Translations under genes and position numbers: made by a program | Assembly (NCBI GenBank): GCA_965116225.1 | Contig: OZ220495.1 | Coordinates: forward strand, 2,261,405-2,325,404 | Direction of reading: 5' to 3' | DNA length: 64,000 bases | Source of the DNA: Dehalococcoidia bacterium | GTDB lineage: Bacteria > Chloroflexota > Dehalococcoidia > Bin125 | Shown here: positions 20,301 through 27,589 of the stretch, in pieces | Layout of the letters: each line of letters opens with the position of its first letter | Numbering within the stretch: the stretch's first letter is position 1 | Notes under the pieces: generated by a model | Databases searched by the model: none | The model's input: the letters and a program-made list of their open reading frames with translations, nothing else | Told to the model about the DNA's origin: nothing

Positions 20301-20610
20301 AGCGTTTGAATTGTTCCAGGTTACTCTTCTTAAAACTCTCGGGTCGCGCGCCAATGTGCGGCGCCTTGAGTTCGATGTGACCGGTCAGTAGTCCGTCGAC
20401 GATCACGCCGATGTCGGGGCGACCATTCACATCGTCGTCGCGGACTTCGCTACGCCACGCGACTGTTGCGTTGACAAGCGGGCCAAACCGGCTGAGGAGA
20501 TCACCGACAAGTGGTTTGAGTTGGTCTTCTTCCTGCGCTCCGTGCAGGTTTGAGAATTTCTCCACGCACTCGTTGGCGAACTGCGAGGCGAGCTCTTTGA
20601 AATTTTGCAT
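17383..20610 (-). CDS. Single-polypeptide Type IIL/IIG restriction-modification enzyme (MmeI-like: N-terminal PD-ExK nuclease, gamma-class N6-adenine methyltransferase, C-terminal TRD)
   Basis: N-terminal RPDIGVIVDGLLTGHIELK (PD...ExK). Central DPAVGTGTY (motif I) and CIGNPPYDRG (motif IV, NPPY). About 1075 aa. Start taken at MQNFKE (ATG 20610). Confidence 0.65.
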   Translation of the reverse strand: MQNFKELASQFANECVEKFSNLHGAQEEDQLKPLVGDLLSRFGPLVNATVAWRSEVRDDDVNGRPDIGVIVDGLLTGHIELKAPHIGARPESFKKSNLEQFKRFTALPNLIYTDGSEWTLYRTGERKARVRIATDIRDGPNALRPDSLSELRALLADFVNWQPKTPSDPKGIAEFIAPLARILRDEVQSALGRGNKPLRELATEWRGILFPEADDAQFADAYAQTLTYALLLAQFEGAESLDLHAALPKLEGEHALLASALQLLELPLVRDELLMPISLLERVIGAIAEPQTELATDYWLYFYEIFLAAYDPALRKDRGVYFTPIEVVECQVRLADELLRTRFDRPLGFADSSVRILDPAVGTGTYPLAIIDQAATTVSQRYGPGAVAERMSSLAERLEAFELLVGPYAVARLRITQRLREVGATGQSARVYLADTLASPTAEEEFHASLLQQAITADRKAAQEMKRARNITVCIGNPPYDRGKMGEPETGKEGPGGWVVHGDIGPEQAGILRDFTEPVVKAGEGGQLKNLYNTYVYFWRWALWKVFESPDYRGIVTFITASSYLRGPAFAGMRQMMRQTFDELRIIDLEGDNLGARKTDNVFAIRSPVAIAIGVRYRDADSERPAVVSKVKLSGSAEAKLAQLNEIRTLADLDWQPCSDAWTDPFYPIGTGAYFDWPEVNDVFPWQQSGVKVGRTWPIGETTNILSARWRALTKSENSQREMLFVSRSTGRKVDDEPMPLDKQGARLVSIYDVKKPEPMPHIVQYTLRSWDRQYIIADTRLIDRPGPSLWVAYSSNQVYMTSLLTKVLGKGPAAIAASAVPDLDHFCGRGAKDVIPLYRDAAGTQANVTAGILDILDTGPEDLFAYAYGILAQPSYVERFWDELELPPPRLPISKDRELFMRVAEHGRQLIHLHTYGERFAGPQDDGTVPQGDARCAVAVPQSEYPNSFHYDEQTLTLHVGEGEFRPVPRAVYEYSVSGLQIVRSWLGYRMRDRKGKKSSPLDDIRPERWEFSEELLELLWVIERTIDLEPTGRALLDAVLESELWTAAELPSPSDAERKPPKSQPAASGTLDL

Positions 20611-20707
20611 TGGTAAGAGAAGGGACGCGCCGACTGGTATTGCAAACTGAGCCGGACTCCGCACGGAGCCCGGCTCAGCTTATGGCGCCTACCGATTTGT
20701 CGGAGGG

Positions 20708-21889
20708 TTAGACCTCGAAGTGGTAGACCTTGGCGGCGTTGCGCTGGAGGACGTTGAGCAGGTCCGCCTCGGGCAGCACGCTGAGGACTTCCTCGACGTG
20801 CTCCTTCGGATTGCGCGCTACACTGTTCGGGCCCGGCGACATCGACGTCGGGTGCGGGAAGTCGGTCTCGAACATCAGGTTCTCCGAGCCGATCTGCTCG
20901 ATCGCCCTGAGCACCGAGGCCTCTTCGAACCAGAAGCAGCCGTAGCACTGGCGCTTGAAGTACTCCGAGGGCAGCAGGTCCATCTCGGGATGTTCCTCGC
21001 GGCAACCGGAGTTCAGCCACTGCCAGTCCATCGCCTCGAGCAGGTAGGGAATCCAGCCCACGCCCGACTCGACCGAGACGAACTGCAGCTCGGGGAAGCG
21101 GTGGCACATGCCCGAGAGGATGATGTCGAGAATCGCGTTCGAATTGTCCAGGAACAGCTTCACGGTCGACTTGGCGTAGGCGGCCTGGCGACCGTTGTCG
21201 ACGGTCACGTTACGCAGCTCGGTGAGGTCGCCGGAGCCGATGTGAAAGTTGATCGACAGGCCCATGTCCTGCGCCTGATTCCAGATCGGGTCCCAGTGCG
21301 GCTCGGTGATGCGCGGCAGGCCGAAGGTGTGCGGCTGATTGGTCATCAGCACGCCCCGGTGTCCGCGGTCGTAGGCGCGCTGCATCTCGTCGACGCATGC
21401 CTGCACGTCCCAGAACGGCATCGCCATGATCGGGATGAAGCGCGACGGCTCGACCGACGTCCACTCGACCAGGAAGTCGTTGTAAGCGCGCACGCAGTCC
21501 AGTCGCAGCTCGTCGTCCGTCATCTGCAGGAAGTTGCCGGAGCCGAAGCCGCCCACGTTGGGGTAGACGACTTGGGCGTACATGCCGTACTCGTCCATCC
21601 GTTCGAGCCGCTCGCGGATTTCCCAGCTGCCGTGGTCGGCTTCCTGCAGGCTCGGCGGATGATTCGGCGGCGGCGATTTCCAGCCCGCCATCGCCGCGCC
21701 GGCCGTGGGCATGAACTTCTTGCCGCCCATTACCCAGCGGTCCTCGTTGATTTCGGGATCGAAGATCACGTGAGGCACGAGGTCGCCCCACTTCCTGGTC
21801 GAGATCCGGTCGGTCCACAGCGTCTCCGGCTCGGAGACGTGGGTATCGGAGTCGATCACCTTGATCCGGTCGCAGATCATCTCAGCCAT
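20708..21889 (-). CDS. Amidohydrolase-2 (ACMSD-like) family metal-dependent hydrolase/decarboxylase
   Basis: 393 aa, IDSDTHVSEPETLW N-terminus and the TIM-barrel amidohydrolase_2 pattern (HIGSGD..., FETDFPHP). Confidence 0.7.
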   Translation of the reverse strand: MAEMICDRIKVIDSDTHVSEPETLWTDRISTRKWGDLVPHVIFDPEINEDRWVMGGKKFMPTAGAAMAGWKSPPPNHPPSLQEADHGSWEIRERLERMDEYGMYAQVVYPNVGGFGSGNFLQMTDDELRLDCVRAYNDFLVEWTSVEPSRFIPIMAMPFWDVQACVDEMQRAYDRGHRGVLMTNQPHTFGLPRITEPHWDPIWNQAQDMGLSINFHIGSGDLTELRNVTVDNGRQAAYAKSTVKLFLDNSNAILDIILSGMCHRFPELQFVSVESGVGWIPYLLEAMDWQWLNSGCREEHPEMDLLPSEYFKRQCYGCFWFEEASVLRAIEQIGSENLMFETDFPHPTSMSPGPNSVARNPKEHVEEVLSVLPEADLLNVLQRNAAKVYHFEV

Positions 21890-22097
21890 CGTAGTCAGTC
21901 CCTTTCGCTGGCGCGGTGTGTCGGAGTGTCGTCAGGTTAGCACTTCGCCCGCGCGGATCCAATGGACGGATCCAATCCCAGTCGTCCCGCGCGGTCCTGC
22001 CGCCAGCAGGCAAGACGCGGCGATCGCCGTTCCGATCGAGAGAGACAGCTGCGGGGCCTCAGGCGCTAGATTGACTGAACCAGTTCGAGGAGGTGCT

Positions 22098-22646
22098 GTG
22101 GTGCTGGTGCGGATCGCGGGGCTGCTGATCCTTCTGGCGTTGGCGTCACTAGCCAGCTATGCCTGCGGGTTCGGCGATCCTCTTGATCGGCTGATGATCA
22201 CCGGCGTTGACGAACCGGTTGTCGATGACGCAGTCGAACTGCCTCAGACGTTGGGCTGGCGTTCTGCGACGTCGTTGATGTATTGGCCGTATTTCGATCA
22301 GCGAGAGTATCGTGGCGAGATATGCAACGAGGCGGTAGAGGATGATTATTTTGAAGGCGAAGAACCTGATGATCCAGGTGATCCGATTGATCTGGGAACC
22401 GTTAGGGACGATGACGTATGGGATGGGCTGAATGATCAGTTGTCGAAGTATGCAACGGACGAAGAGAGCGTCATTCAGCACATCTGGATTGAGCAGTTTC
22501 GCGTCGTAGTATTCATGGCCCGTTCCAGCGCAATCGCCTGGCCAAGCGGAACAGCCATTGTTTCAGTGAGCGAGTTTGTACTGTTTGACGCCGACCCTCC
22601 CCCCAACTGGCAGGTGACCGACAGCGGCTCTCTGTTTCTGTGCTGA
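22098..22646 (+). CDS. Small secreted acidic hypothetical protein (signal peptide), low-GC
   Basis: GAGGAGG RBS 5-7 nt before the GTG. VVLVRIAGLLILLALASLASYA signal-like N-terminus. Asp/Glu-rich middle. GC about 48% against about 67% surroundings. Confidence 0.5.
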   Translation: MVLVRIAGLLILLALASLASYACGFGDPLDRLMITGVDEPVVDDAVELPQTLGWRSATSLMYWPYFDQREYRGEICNEAVEDDYFEGEEPDDPGDPIDLGTVRDDDVWDGLNDQLSKYATDEESVIQHIWIEQFRVVVFMARSSAIAWPSGTAIVSVSEFVLFDADPPPNWQVTDSGSLFLC

Positions 22647-22781
22647 CTGCTTGTAGTTGAGAATGTCAAGTTGTCGCTCCGCTGGAGACGCGTGGTTGCG
22701 ATCGCCTGACCGCCAGATGTTCTCCCGTTGACGCATCCGACCGGCGCTCGCTAGCCTCGTTCGATAACGCAGCCGAAGCGA

Positions 22782-24779
22782 GTGCCTGTGGCATTGAGTA
22801 GACGCTCGAGGAACTCGCGGGCGTGCGGACACGCGGTCGATCGGGCGGCGCAGTCGCGCCCGTTCGACGAGCAACGGCCGCTCGGTATCGACCTGCCCGT
22901 TCGCACCAAGCGGCTGATTATCGTCGGCGCGATGTTGAGCATGTTCATGTCGGCGCTCGAACAGAGCGTGGTCAGCCCGGCGATGCCGCAGATCGTCTCC
23001 GACCTGGGCGGCCTCGATCTGTACCCCTGGCTCGTCCAGGCGTTCATCATGGCGCAGGTCGTCACGATCCCCATCGCCGGCACGGTCAGCGACGCGTTCG
23101 GGCGTAAACCGGTACTGCTGGCTGGATTGAGCGTGTTCCTGATCGGTTCTGCGCTGTGCGGCTTCGCGCCCGGCATCTACGAGCTGATCGCCTTCCGTGT
23201 CGTGCAGGGCGTGGGCGGCGCGATCCTGGTGACGGCCACGTTCTCGGTCGTCGGCGACCTCTACGCGCCCGCCGAGCGGGGACGGTTCATCGGCCTGTTC
23301 GGCGGGGTCTTTGCGCTCAGCAGCCTGATCGGCGCGCCGATCGGCGGCGTCTTGACCGAGGCGCTCAACTGGCGCTGGGTGTTCTGGATCATGCTCTTCC
23401 TGGGGCCGTTCGTGCTGGCGGTGATCGCGCTGAAGATGCCTTGGCTGCGCCCGCCGAAGCGCGCCTTCCGGATCGACGCGGCGGGCGTGCTGATGCTCTC
23501 GATCATGCTGATCCCGGCCATGATCGCGCTCAGTCTCGCGTCGCGCTGGGGTTGGCTCGCGCCGCAGACGCTGGCGCTGTTCGCCGTCTCCGCCGCCGCG
23601 CTGCTGCTCTTTATTCGTGTCGAGCGTCGCGCCGAGCAGCCCATCGTCCCGCTGCAACTGTTCAGGATCCAGACCATCGCCACCGCGGCGGTAGTCAATT
23701 TCTTCATCGGCGTTGGCATGATGGGCGTCTTCGTCTACATGCAGTTCTTCCTGCAGGTCGGTATCGGCGCCGACGCAGCGACTGCCGGTCTGATCATGGG
23801 ACCGATGATCCTCGTCTCGGTCGCCGGGTCGGTCATCTCGGGGCAGATCATGTCGCGCAGCGGACGCTACAAGTATCTGGCGGTGACCGGTTCGTTGATG
23901 ATGTTCGCCTCGATGTTGCTGCTCTCGACCATGACGCGCGAGACCACCATCCCCGGCGTGCTGGGCCGGATGTTCCTGTTCGGCGCCGGGATGGGCCTGA
24001 TGATGCCGGTGATGTCGATTGCCTCGCAGAACGCCGCGCCGCAGCGTTATCTGGGCATCGTCTCGGCATTCAGCCAGTTCTTTCAGCAGGTAGGTGGCGT
24101 CATTGGCATCGGCGTGGTCGGAGCGCTCTTCAACGCGCGGCTCGCCGATGGGCTGATGCAGCGGCTCGCGTCCGATCTGGTCGAGATCATTCAGCCGGAA
24201 AAGCTGGTCGATCCGCTCTTTCGGGAGTCATTGGTGCAAGATCTCGGCTCCAACGTCTGGGCAGTGGCTGAACCCGAAGTGCAGACCGCCGTGGCGACGG
24301 CGATCACCGACAATTTCCTGCTGGCCGCGGCCATCGTCCTGATCTCGGTCCTTGCGATCCTGCGGATGCGCGAGCTGCCTCTGCGCAGCGCAAATTCGCC
24401 GTCTGCTCCGACGGTGAGCACCGAGCGCCCCGATAGATCGCAGGACGATGATCCTGCTCCCATCGCGCCGCCGATTGATGCGGCGGGCGATAGTGGTTCG
24501 ACCGTGCTAGTGCTTCGGGACCTGCACGGTCTACAGCTGCGCGGGCAGGTTGCGGCGGAGACCGTAGTGGGCGCTGGCTCCTCATCCCTACCGGCCGAAT
24601 GCCAGGCCGTCGGTGCCCCCAGTTTGCGCCGAGTAGTGTTTGCCAGCGCCGTAATCGGCGCCGGGGTTGGTTTGGCGTTGGCGTTGGTCGGCGAAGCAAC
24701 CCCTCCGGCTAGCGCGCACCGGTGGCCTCTGCGCGCGTCTAGCCGCCGCATTGACCCGCGACCACGACGATCAGGGTAA
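22782..24779 (+). CDS. MFS transporter, DHA2-like (14-TMS drug:H+ antiporter type) with long low-complexity C-terminal tail
   Basis: MFS signatures (GTVSDAFGRKPVLLAGL...FRVVQGVGGA), many TM helices. About 150 aa of Pro/Ala/Ser-rich C-terminal extension. Start uncertain. Confidence 0.75.
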   Translation: MPVALSRRSRNSRACGHAVDRAAQSRPFDEQRPLGIDLPVRTKRLIIVGAMLSMFMSALEQSVVSPAMPQIVSDLGGLDLYPWLVQAFIMAQVVTIPIAGTVSDAFGRKPVLLAGLSVFLIGSALCGFAPGIYELIAFRVVQGVGGAILVTATFSVVGDLYAPAERGRFIGLFGGVFALSSLIGAPIGGVLTEALNWRWVFWIMLFLGPFVLAVIALKMPWLRPPKRAFRIDAAGVLMLSIMLIPAMIALSLASRWGWLAPQTLALFAVSAAALLLFIRVERRAEQPIVPLQLFRIQTIATAAVVNFFIGVGMMGVFVYMQFFLQVGIGADAATAGLIMGPMILVSVAGSVISGQIMSRSGRYKYLAVTGSLMMFASMLLLSTMTRETTIPGVLGRMFLFGAGMGLMMPVMSIASQNAAPQRYLGIVSAFSQFFQQVGGVIGIGVVGALFNARLADGLMQRLASDLVEIIQPEKLVDPLFRESLVQDLGSNVWAVAEPEVQTAVATAITDNFLLAAAIVLISVLAILRMRELPLRSANSPSAPTVSTERPDRSQDDDPAPIAPPIDAAGDSGSTVLVLRDLHGLQLRGQVAAETVVGAGSSSLPAECQAVGAPSLRRVVFASAVIGAGVGLALALVGEATPPASAHRWPLRASSRRIDPRPRRSG

Positions 24780-25254
24780 TTACGATCAACGCGGAGGTGA
24801 GTACCCCCACCGCAAATCCACTGTCGCCCTCGCTAGGCGCTCCGGCGGTCTCGCGTCGTCGCGCGCGTTCGAATCGGTCTCGGTAGATGCCGCGCACGGC
24901 TCTCGATGTGCGCGTTCGACGGGTTTCTACGCTAAAGGCGGCTTGCGGAATCGGCGATTCGGGAATGGCGCCGTCGCGCGGCAGCAATCGCCAGTAGCGC
25001 AGGCGAAACTCTTCGTCGGTCTGGATTCCCTTGCGTAAGTTGCAGGCGGTGCAGAGCAACTGCAGGTTGGCGCGCTCGTTGTCGCCGTTGCGACTCACGG
25101 GCCACTTGTGGTCGATCTCGAGAGAACGACTGCTCATTCGACGGCCGCAGTATCGACAGCGTCCCTGTTGTTCGATGAACAGGGCGTGCCGCACCTGCGC
25201 CGGGAAGATGGTTCGCCCCTGAGTGGGAATCCCGCGATCGTCCTCGACCGGCAT
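24739..25254 (-). CDS. HNH endonuclease-domain protein with C-terminal transmembrane anchor
   Basis: CRYCGRRMSSRSLEIDHKWPVSRNGDNERANLQLLCTACNLRKG gives a complete HNH motif (C-x2-C...H-x...N...C-x2-C). C-terminus FAVGVLTSALIVITLIVVVAG is hydrophobic. 3' end overlaps the MFS 3' end by 41 nt. Confidence 0.55.
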   Translation of the reverse strand: MPVEDDRGIPTQGRTIFPAQVRHALFIEQQGRCRYCGRRMSSRSLEIDHKWPVSRNGDNERANLQLLCTACNLRKGIQTDEEFRLRYWRLLPRDGAIPESPIPQAAFSVETRRTRTSRAVRGIYRDRFERARRRETAGAPSEGDSGFAVGVLTSALIVITLIVVVAGQCGG

Positions 25255-25269
25255 CGGGCTGCGTTGCGC

Positions 25270-26520
25270 CTACGCGCCGAATTCCGCTGCGACGGCGGCG
25301 AAGGCTTCGTCCGACGCTTCCAGCGTGTGGTCGATGTCTTCTTCGCTGATAGCGGTCGAGAGGAAGCCATTGTGCACTGGATGCAGGTAGACGCCTCGTT
25401 CCGCCAACTCGGCCGAGAACCGATAGGCGCGCGGCACGTTGCGTGTTGCGAAGTCGTCGTCATCGAAGAGCATCAGCGGAATCGACACCGGCCCGGTCTG
25501 ACGGATACCCACGCCATGCGAGTTGGCGGCCTGCTGCCAGCCGCGGCGTAGCGCGCTGCCGATCCGCTCCAGATACGAGATACCGTCGGTCTCGAGCATT
25601 GTCTCGATCGTCGCCTGCGCCGCCGCCATTGGCGCGCCACTGAACCAGTACGACCCGGTCGCCATTGTCCTGGCGACCGCCTCGCTCAAGCTGTCGCGGC
25701 CCATCAACGCCGAGATGGGATGCCCGTTGCCAATCGCCTTGCAGTAGGCGCTCAGGTCCGGATCGACGCCAAGCGGCGCCCAGCTGCCGGCCATGTCAAT
25801 GCGGAACCCGCCGCGCACATCGTCGAGGATCAGCACTATCCCGTTGGCGTCGCATAGCTCGCGCACGCCGCGCGCAAACTCGAGACTCGGTAGTTCCTGG
25901 TCCAGGCCGACATCGTGTCGGAACGCCGAGACGATGATCGCCGCCGCATCGCCTTGAGCAGTCTGGATCGCCTTGCGAACTGATCTGAGGTCGTTGTACT
26001 CATATTCGACCGTGCCTTCGGCTTGGGCAGTCATGTCGCCGGTCGCGATCCAAGTGGGCGAGGCGCCGTGATAGGCGCCGCGCGCGCGTAGGATGGTCCC
26101 GTTACCGGTGGCGGCGCGCGAGATCGAAGCTGCGTAGACGGTGGCGTCCGTGCCATTCTTGGCCATCCAGGCCCAGTCGGCCCACGGTGTGATCTCGACG
26201 AGTAGCTCGGCCAACTCGACCATCTTCGCCGAGGGGCCGTTGAAGCAGTCGCCGGTCTCCTGTGCTGCTGCGGCTGCCTGATCGACGGCCGGGTGGCGGT
26301 AGCCCAGCAGGATCGGTCCGTAGGCGCAGAGGTAGTCGATGTACTCGTTGCCGTCGACATCCCAAAGATGCGCCCCCTCGCCGCGCGCGAAAAACTGCGG
26401 GAAGTTCTCAGGCAGCACCGAGGCGTTCTGATGCCCGTACATCCCGTTGGGTATCACAGCGCTGGCGCGTTCGCGCAGCGCGGCGTCGGCGGATCGTTGG
26501 CGCTCACGCTCAGTGGACAT
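25270..26520 (-). CDS. Class III aminotransferase, glutamate-1-semialdehyde 2,1-aminomutase-like
   Basis: From MSTERE: ...AVIPNGMYGHQ...FFARGEGAHLWDVDGNEYIDY... is a GSA-AM/aminotransferase-III pattern. The ORF is open further upstream, but the Arg/Pro-rich extension is unlikely to be coding. Confidence 0.65.
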   Translation of the reverse strand: MSTERERQRSADAALRERASAVIPNGMYGHQNASVLPENFPQFFARGEGAHLWDVDGNEYIDYLCAYGPILLGYRHPAVDQAAAAAQETGDCFNGPSAKMVELAELLVEITPWADWAWMAKNGTDATVYAASISRAATGNGTILRARGAYHGASPTWIATGDMTAQAEGTVEYEYNDLRSVRKAIQTAQGDAAAIIVSAFRHDVGLDQELPSLEFARGVRELCDANGIVLILDDVRGGFRIDMAGSWAPLGVDPDLSAYCKAIGNGHPISALMGRDSLSEAVARTMATGSYWFSGAPMAAAQATIETMLETDGISYLERIGSALRRGWQQAANSHGVGIRQTGPVSIPLMLFDDDDFATRNVPRAYRFSAELAERGVYLHPVHNGFLSTAISEEDIDHTLEASDEAFAAVAAEFGA

Positions 26521-26615
26521 GCTCTGCCTCGTGCATTGGGATCCCGTGTTGCGGTTCAGTCTAGGATCCCCGTTAGCCTGCATCCATGCCGGAGTCCGGT
26601 CTCCAGTTTGCGTCG

Positions 26616-27390
26616 TATGAGGAGCATCCGCTCGTGCGAGCGGATGCAGGAGCTGGAACCATCGATCCGCCACTGCTCTGACGAGGTCGAGCGGCGCGGC
26701 GGGATTCCGGCCGAGTTGATCGAGGCGCTCACCGAGCGCGGCCTCTTCCACCTCAACATTCCCACTCGCAGCGGCGTCGAGCAGGCGACTCATATTGTGG
26801 CGACCTTCATCGATTTCGATGATCAGGTCCGCTGTGCGCTGTTGCTGCGGCGAGCTGGTCGCGTGCTGGAGCGTGGGACGCGATGGGTCTGCACGGCATC
26901 GCCAGTCACGACTGGGTGCTGGACGGGGCGTTCGTTCAGCGCGCGCATACATGGTCGGCGATCGATTCTCCCTGCGCCGATGGCCCATAGTGGCGGAGCC
27001 TCGATCGATCGTTGGCTGCCTGGATCGCCAACGCCGGCCTTCTTGATCGGCACGGCGCAAGGCGCGCTGGACGATCTCGCCGGCTGGTTTACGCAGGCGA
27101 CGAGCGGCGACATGTCGCCACTGCGCGGGCGCGAGCCGTTTCGCCTGGCATACGCCAAAGCGCAGGCGGACGTGTCGGCGGCGCGAGCGTGGGTACAGGA
27201 GACATGGACGCGCGCTTGCACCGGCATCGTTGAACGGATCTTCCGCACGAGCGGTACCAGGTCGGCGCGGCTGGACGCTGGCGCGATCTGCAACTGCCCG
27301 ACAGCACGGGGCAGCGCTGGAGTGGAACTACGACGCCGGCGTGCGGCCGCTGCTGGATCTGTCGCCGTGGCGAGCTCGATGACGTAGCAG
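26616..27390 (+). pseudogene. Acyl-CoA dehydrogenase-like (flavin monooxygenase/ACAD fold) gene remnant, truncated and frameshifted
   Basis: Frame a: ...GGIPAELIEALTERGLFHLNIP... (ACAD N-terminus). Frame b: WDAMGLHGIASHDWVLDGAFV (ACAD middle-domain signature). Frame a again: AQGALDDLAGWF...AKAQADVSAARAW (C-terminal domain). Overall too short for an intact ACAD. Confidence 0.4.
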
Positions 27391-27498
27391 ACGCTAACGT
27401 CCGCTTCGAAGGCTGGCGGTTCACCACCGAGCAGCAGGTCGCGGTCTACCCCATCTTCCTACGCTAACGTCCGCTTCGAAGGCTGGCGGTTCACCACC
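27391..27498. repeat. Two perfect 38-bp direct repeats (acgctaacgtccgcttcgaaggctggcggttcaccacc) separated by a 32-bp unique spacer
   Basis: Copies at 27391-27428 and 27461-27498 (period 70). Located immediately after the degenerate ACAD-like ORF and upstream of the CoA-transferase gene. Confidence 0.8.
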
Positions 27499-27589
27499 CA
27501 TATGCAGCAGGCAATTGGCCTGTGACGTGTGAGGGTGGCGTAGCATAACGGCAAACGCGCTCAGGGAGCGCGCCTTCAGTCCTCGGCGC

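Noticed and set aside
20720-21940. 406-aa ORF on the + strand, Arg/Ala/Val-rich
   Set aside because: Lies entirely antisense to the well-supported amidohydrolase gene (20708..21889). Typical spurious long antisense ORF in a high-GC genome. Low-complexity composition.
22563-23657. 364-aa - strand ORF extremely rich in Arg/Asp/Glu/His
   Set aside because: Antisense to the MFS transporter gene. Composition reflects the reverse complement of hydrophobic codons.
26521-27060. 180-aa N-terminal extension of the class III aminotransferase ORF
   Set aside because: Arg/Pro-rich low complexity lacking aminotransferase homology. The conserved N-terminus begins at MSTERE (26520).
27391-27498. Interpreting the 38-bp repeat / 32-bp spacer pair as a CRISPR array
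   Set aside because: Only two repeat copies, weak internal dyad symmetry, no leader and no cas genes within the window. Kept as a repeat feature and a low-priority finding only.
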